DNA from: Neovahlkampfia damariscottae
Taxonomy: Eukaryota
NCBI GenBank assembly: GCA_016618085.1
Contig: JABLTG010000013.1
Coordinates: forward strand, 62,001 to 126,000
DNA length: 64,000 bases
Direction of reading: 5' to 3'
Shown here: one piece after another, positions 60,628-64,000 of the stretch
Position numbering within the stretch: the stretch's first letter is position 1
Layout of the letters: each line of letters opens with the position of its first letter
Position numbers and translations under genes: made by a program
Notes under the pieces: model-generated
The model's input: the letters and a program-made list of their open reading frames with translations, nothing else
The model's database searches: none
What the model was told of the DNA's origin: nothing

Positions 60628-63600
60628 ATGTCCAAGACTTACCAATTCATTGATACAGATGACATCGAAACTTTGGCTTTAAACCCTAAAGTCCTCAAAA
60701 ACGCAACTTTGAAAGACTCAAGAGAAACCAAAGAAGAAAAAAAACATTGGAAAAGAAACATCAAACCAAACGTATTTTTTCACAATTTTTAACTTTTTTT
60801 TTTTCAGCCAAAACTTTTAGAAAAGAACTTTTTAGACTCCAAGCACACCACACTTACAGAACGTGGTGCTTTATTTGAAGCTTCAAGATGTTTGAAATGT
60901 GTTGATGCTCCTTGTCAAAAATCATGTCCAACTCAACTTGATGTTAAATCATTTATTACATCAATTGCTAATATGAATTACTATGGTGCTGCTAAAATGA
61001 TTTTATCAGACAATCCAAACGGTTTAACTTGTGGTTTGTGTTTTTTTAAGTTTTAATAAATTTCATTAGGAATGGTTTGTCCAACAAGTGACTTATGCGT
61101 AGGTGGATGTAATTTACATGCTTCAGAAGAAGGTGCAATTAACATTGGTGGTCTTCAACAATTTGCTGTTGACGTTTTCAAAAAAATGAATTTACCACAA
61201 ATTAGAGATCCTTCATTAACACCTTTAGATAAACTTCCAGAATCTTATAAATCTAAAATTGCTCTTGTTGGTTGTGGACCTGCTTCAATTTCATGTGCTA
61301 CATTTCTTGGTAGATTAGGATATCAAAATATCACTATTTATGAAAAAAGAAAACAAGGAGGTGGTCTTTCAAGTTTTGAAATTCCACAACAACGTTTACC
61401 TTTTGATGTTGTTGAATTTGAAATTAAACTCATGCAAGACTTAGGAATCAAAATTGAATATGAAAAAGAACTTGGAAGAGACTTTACTGTTAAATCACTT
61501 TTAGAAGATGGAAACAAAGCAGTTTTTCTTGGTATTGGATTACCAAATCCTTCACCTCATAAATTATTTGCTGAATTATCTGCTGAAAATGGATTTTTCA
61601 CAAGTAAAAGCTTTTTACCTGCTGTTATGGAAGCAAGTAAAGGTGGTATGTGTGATTGTAAAGTAAGTCATTTTTTCTTTTAATTTTAGTCATCAAATGT
61701 GAAATTACCAAAATTATCAGGAAAAGTTTTAATTTTAGGTGCTGGAGATACAGCTATGGATTGTGCTACTTCTGCTGTTAGATGTGGAGCTTCAAAAGTT
61801 GTCATTGTTCTCAGAAAAGGATTTGATGGGATTAGAGCAGTTCCAGAAGAATTTGAACAACCAAAAGATGAAAAAGTTGATTTAATGCCTCATTGTCTTC
61901 CAAAAAAAGTACTCACAAGAAATGGAAAAATTTATGCAATGGAATTTTATCAAACTGAAACAGATGTTAATGGAAAAGTTGTTATTGATGATGACCAATT
62001 TATTCGTGTTAAATGTGATCATGTTATTTCTGCATTTGGTAGTACATTAAATGATCAAGAAGTTATCAAAGCAATGTCACCTGTTAAAGTATCAGAATGG
62101 GGTACATTAAAACTTGATAAAACTATGGGAACAAATGAACCAAATGTATTCGCAGGTGGTGATTTATCTGGAAATGGAACAACTGTTGAAGCTACAAATG
62201 ATGGAAAAACAGCATCTTGGTTTATTCATAAATATATTCAAGAACTTAATAATTTAAAAGTTCCTGAAAAACCAGAACTTCCAATGTTCTGTACACCTAT
62301 TGATCAAGTTGATATCTCACATGAATTCTTAGGAATGAAATTTGAAAATCCATTTGGATTAGCTTCTGCACCTCCTGCTACAACAGCTGCTATGATTGGA
62401 AGAGGTTTTGAAGAAGGATGGGGTTTCGCTGTCACTAAAACTTATGGAATGGATCATGATTTAGTTTCAAATGTTTCACCTAGAATTGTTAGAGGTTCAA
62501 CATCAGGACCAAAATTTGGACCAGGACAAGGATCATTTTTAAATATTGAATTAATTTCTGAAAAAACAGCTGCATATTGGTGCAAAGCTATTTCAGAATT
62601 AAAAGAAAAATATCCAAAGAAAATTCTTATTGCATCAATTATGGCTGCAAATATCAAAGATGATTGGATAACTTTAGCAAAAAGATCAGAAGAAGCAGGA
62701 GCAGATGCTTTAGAATTAAATCTTTCATGTCCTCATGGTATGGGTGAAAAAGGTCTTGGTTTAGCATGTGGACAAGATCCAGTTATTGTTGAAGGTATTT
62801 GTAAATGGGTTAGATCAGCTGTTAAAATTCCATTTTTTGCAAAATTAACACCAAATATTACACATGTTGTACCAATTGCAGAAGCTGCTAAAAAAGGTGG
62901 TGCAGATGGTGTAACTGCAATTAATACAATTTCTGGACTTATGCATATGAGACCAGATGGAAATGCATGGCCAATGGTTGGAAAAGAAAAAAGAACAACT
63001 TATGGTGGTGTTTCTGGAAATGCAACAAGACCAGTAGCTCTTAAATTCGTTTCAGAAATTCACAGAAAATTCCCAGATTTTCCAATTTTAGCAACAGGTG
63101 GTTGTGATTCAGCTGATTCTGCACTTCAATTTTTATATTGTGGTGCATCAGCAATTCAAATTTCATCAGCTATTCAAAATCAAGATTTCACTTTGATTCA
63201 AGATTATATTTCAGGATTAAAAGCATTACTCTATATTAATAAGAAAACTTCATTCAAAGGTTGGTTAGGACAATCTCCACCAAAATTACAAAATACTCAT
63301 ACTGATATTGGATTACCAAAATTTGGTCCTTTCCTTCAAGAAAGAAGAGAAAAATTATCAAAAGAAGTTGAAGAAAAAGGAATTCTTAATGAATACAATA
63401 CTGCAACAAAAGAAAAAGAATCAAAAGTACTTGATGTTAAACCAACAATTAAAGAATTTCTTGGTAAAGGTACAGAAAGAATTGGCCAATGGTATCAACT
63501 AAATAAGAAAGAACAAGTTATTGCTCTTGTTAATGATGATATGTGTATTAATTGTGGAAAATGTTATATGACATGTTTTGCAAAAGGCACATGCGTTTTA

Positions 63601-64000
63601 ATGAGTGATGGATCTGTTAAAGAAATTGAAAAAATTCAAATTGGTGATTATGTTTTAGGTCCTGATTCAAAAGAAAGAAAAGTTATCAACTTAACAAATG
63701 GTACAGACCAAATGTATCAAATTACAGAAAAAACACATCACCATCAAAATTCAGATCAATTACCTCTTCACAGAATCAGTTATGAATGCAATTCAAAACA
63801 TTTATTAGTTCTTAACACTCCTTCATGGTGCAGAATTACAACAAATTCTTATCGTTCAGAAACAAAAAGTTTTTGTGTTTTCTATACTTGTTTAATTGAC
63901 AAAGTGATGGATGAAAATAAAAAAATCAGCACAGTTTATCAAAAGTCAAAAACATTCATTTGGAAAGATAATACTTCTAAAACATCTGCTTATGAAGAAG
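60628..64000 (+). CDS. DPYD: Dihydropyrimidine dehydrogenase (NADP+), intein-containing; 3' end outside the window
   Basis: Exons 60628-60771, 60808-61033, 61070-61662, 61690 to end. Motifs [111 protein letters not shown]. Confidence 0.96.
63574..64000 (+). mobile_element. Intein (N-terminal splicing region), VMA1/PI-SceI-like, in frame within DPYD
   Basis: Block [32 protein letters not shown] from 63574; block [12 protein letters not shown] at 63781-63813; replaces the expected DPYD continuation CNDSGYQ; open to the window end. Confidence 0.9.

Noticed and set aside
63308..63502. 64-aa ORF listed in the track
   Set aside because: Out-of-frame overlap with DPYD exon 4, which is the real frame from 61690 to the window end.
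63574..64000. Insert interpreted as a spliceosomal intron or hedgehog-type Hint tail
   Set aside because: It is an open frame of more than 140 codons with intein blocks A and B, far longer than local introns, and it interrupts a conserved motif mid-domain. Final proof needs the downstream sequence.
1..64000. Prokaryotic or organellar origin, operons, tRNA genes
   Set aside because: Spliceosomal introns and eukaryote-specific genes throughout; no tRNA cloverleaf was recognised by eye.
16050..64000. Nucleotide-metabolism gene cluster (NDK, ENT, DPYD)
   Set aside because: The genes are tens of kb apart and interspersed with unrelated genes.

Overview
Very AT-rich, extremely gene-dense eukaryotic nuclear DNA, standard genetic code, with about 45 protein genes split by tiny GT-AG introns (about 27-45 nt). 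This is why the ORF track fragments many genes. The gene content (several RGS proteins, a GPCR-like protein, a kinase-AAA hybrid, ATP-type PEPCK, a mitoribosomal protein) suggests a free-living aerobic protist, possibly a heterolobosean; this is inference only. Main discovery: the last gene, dihydropyrimidine dehydrogenase (DPYD, 60628 to window end, mostly missing from the ORF track), is interrupted in frame at 63574 by a VMA1/PI-SceI-like intein ([14 protein letters not shown]...[11 protein letters not shown]). The intein sits immediately before the fourth Cys of a CxxCxxCxxxC 4Fe-4S motif. Also present: a solitary 5S rRNA gene, a decayed pogo/DDE_1 transposase, duplicated CRIB+multi-RGS genes, a PEX7-like gene ending in SKL head-to-head with TMEM135, a PBZ-DUF4246 fusion, a three-copy orphan gene array, several bacterial-type genes carrying introns, and CCAAT boxes close to most start codons. 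All family calls are from motif recognition by eye; no searches were run.
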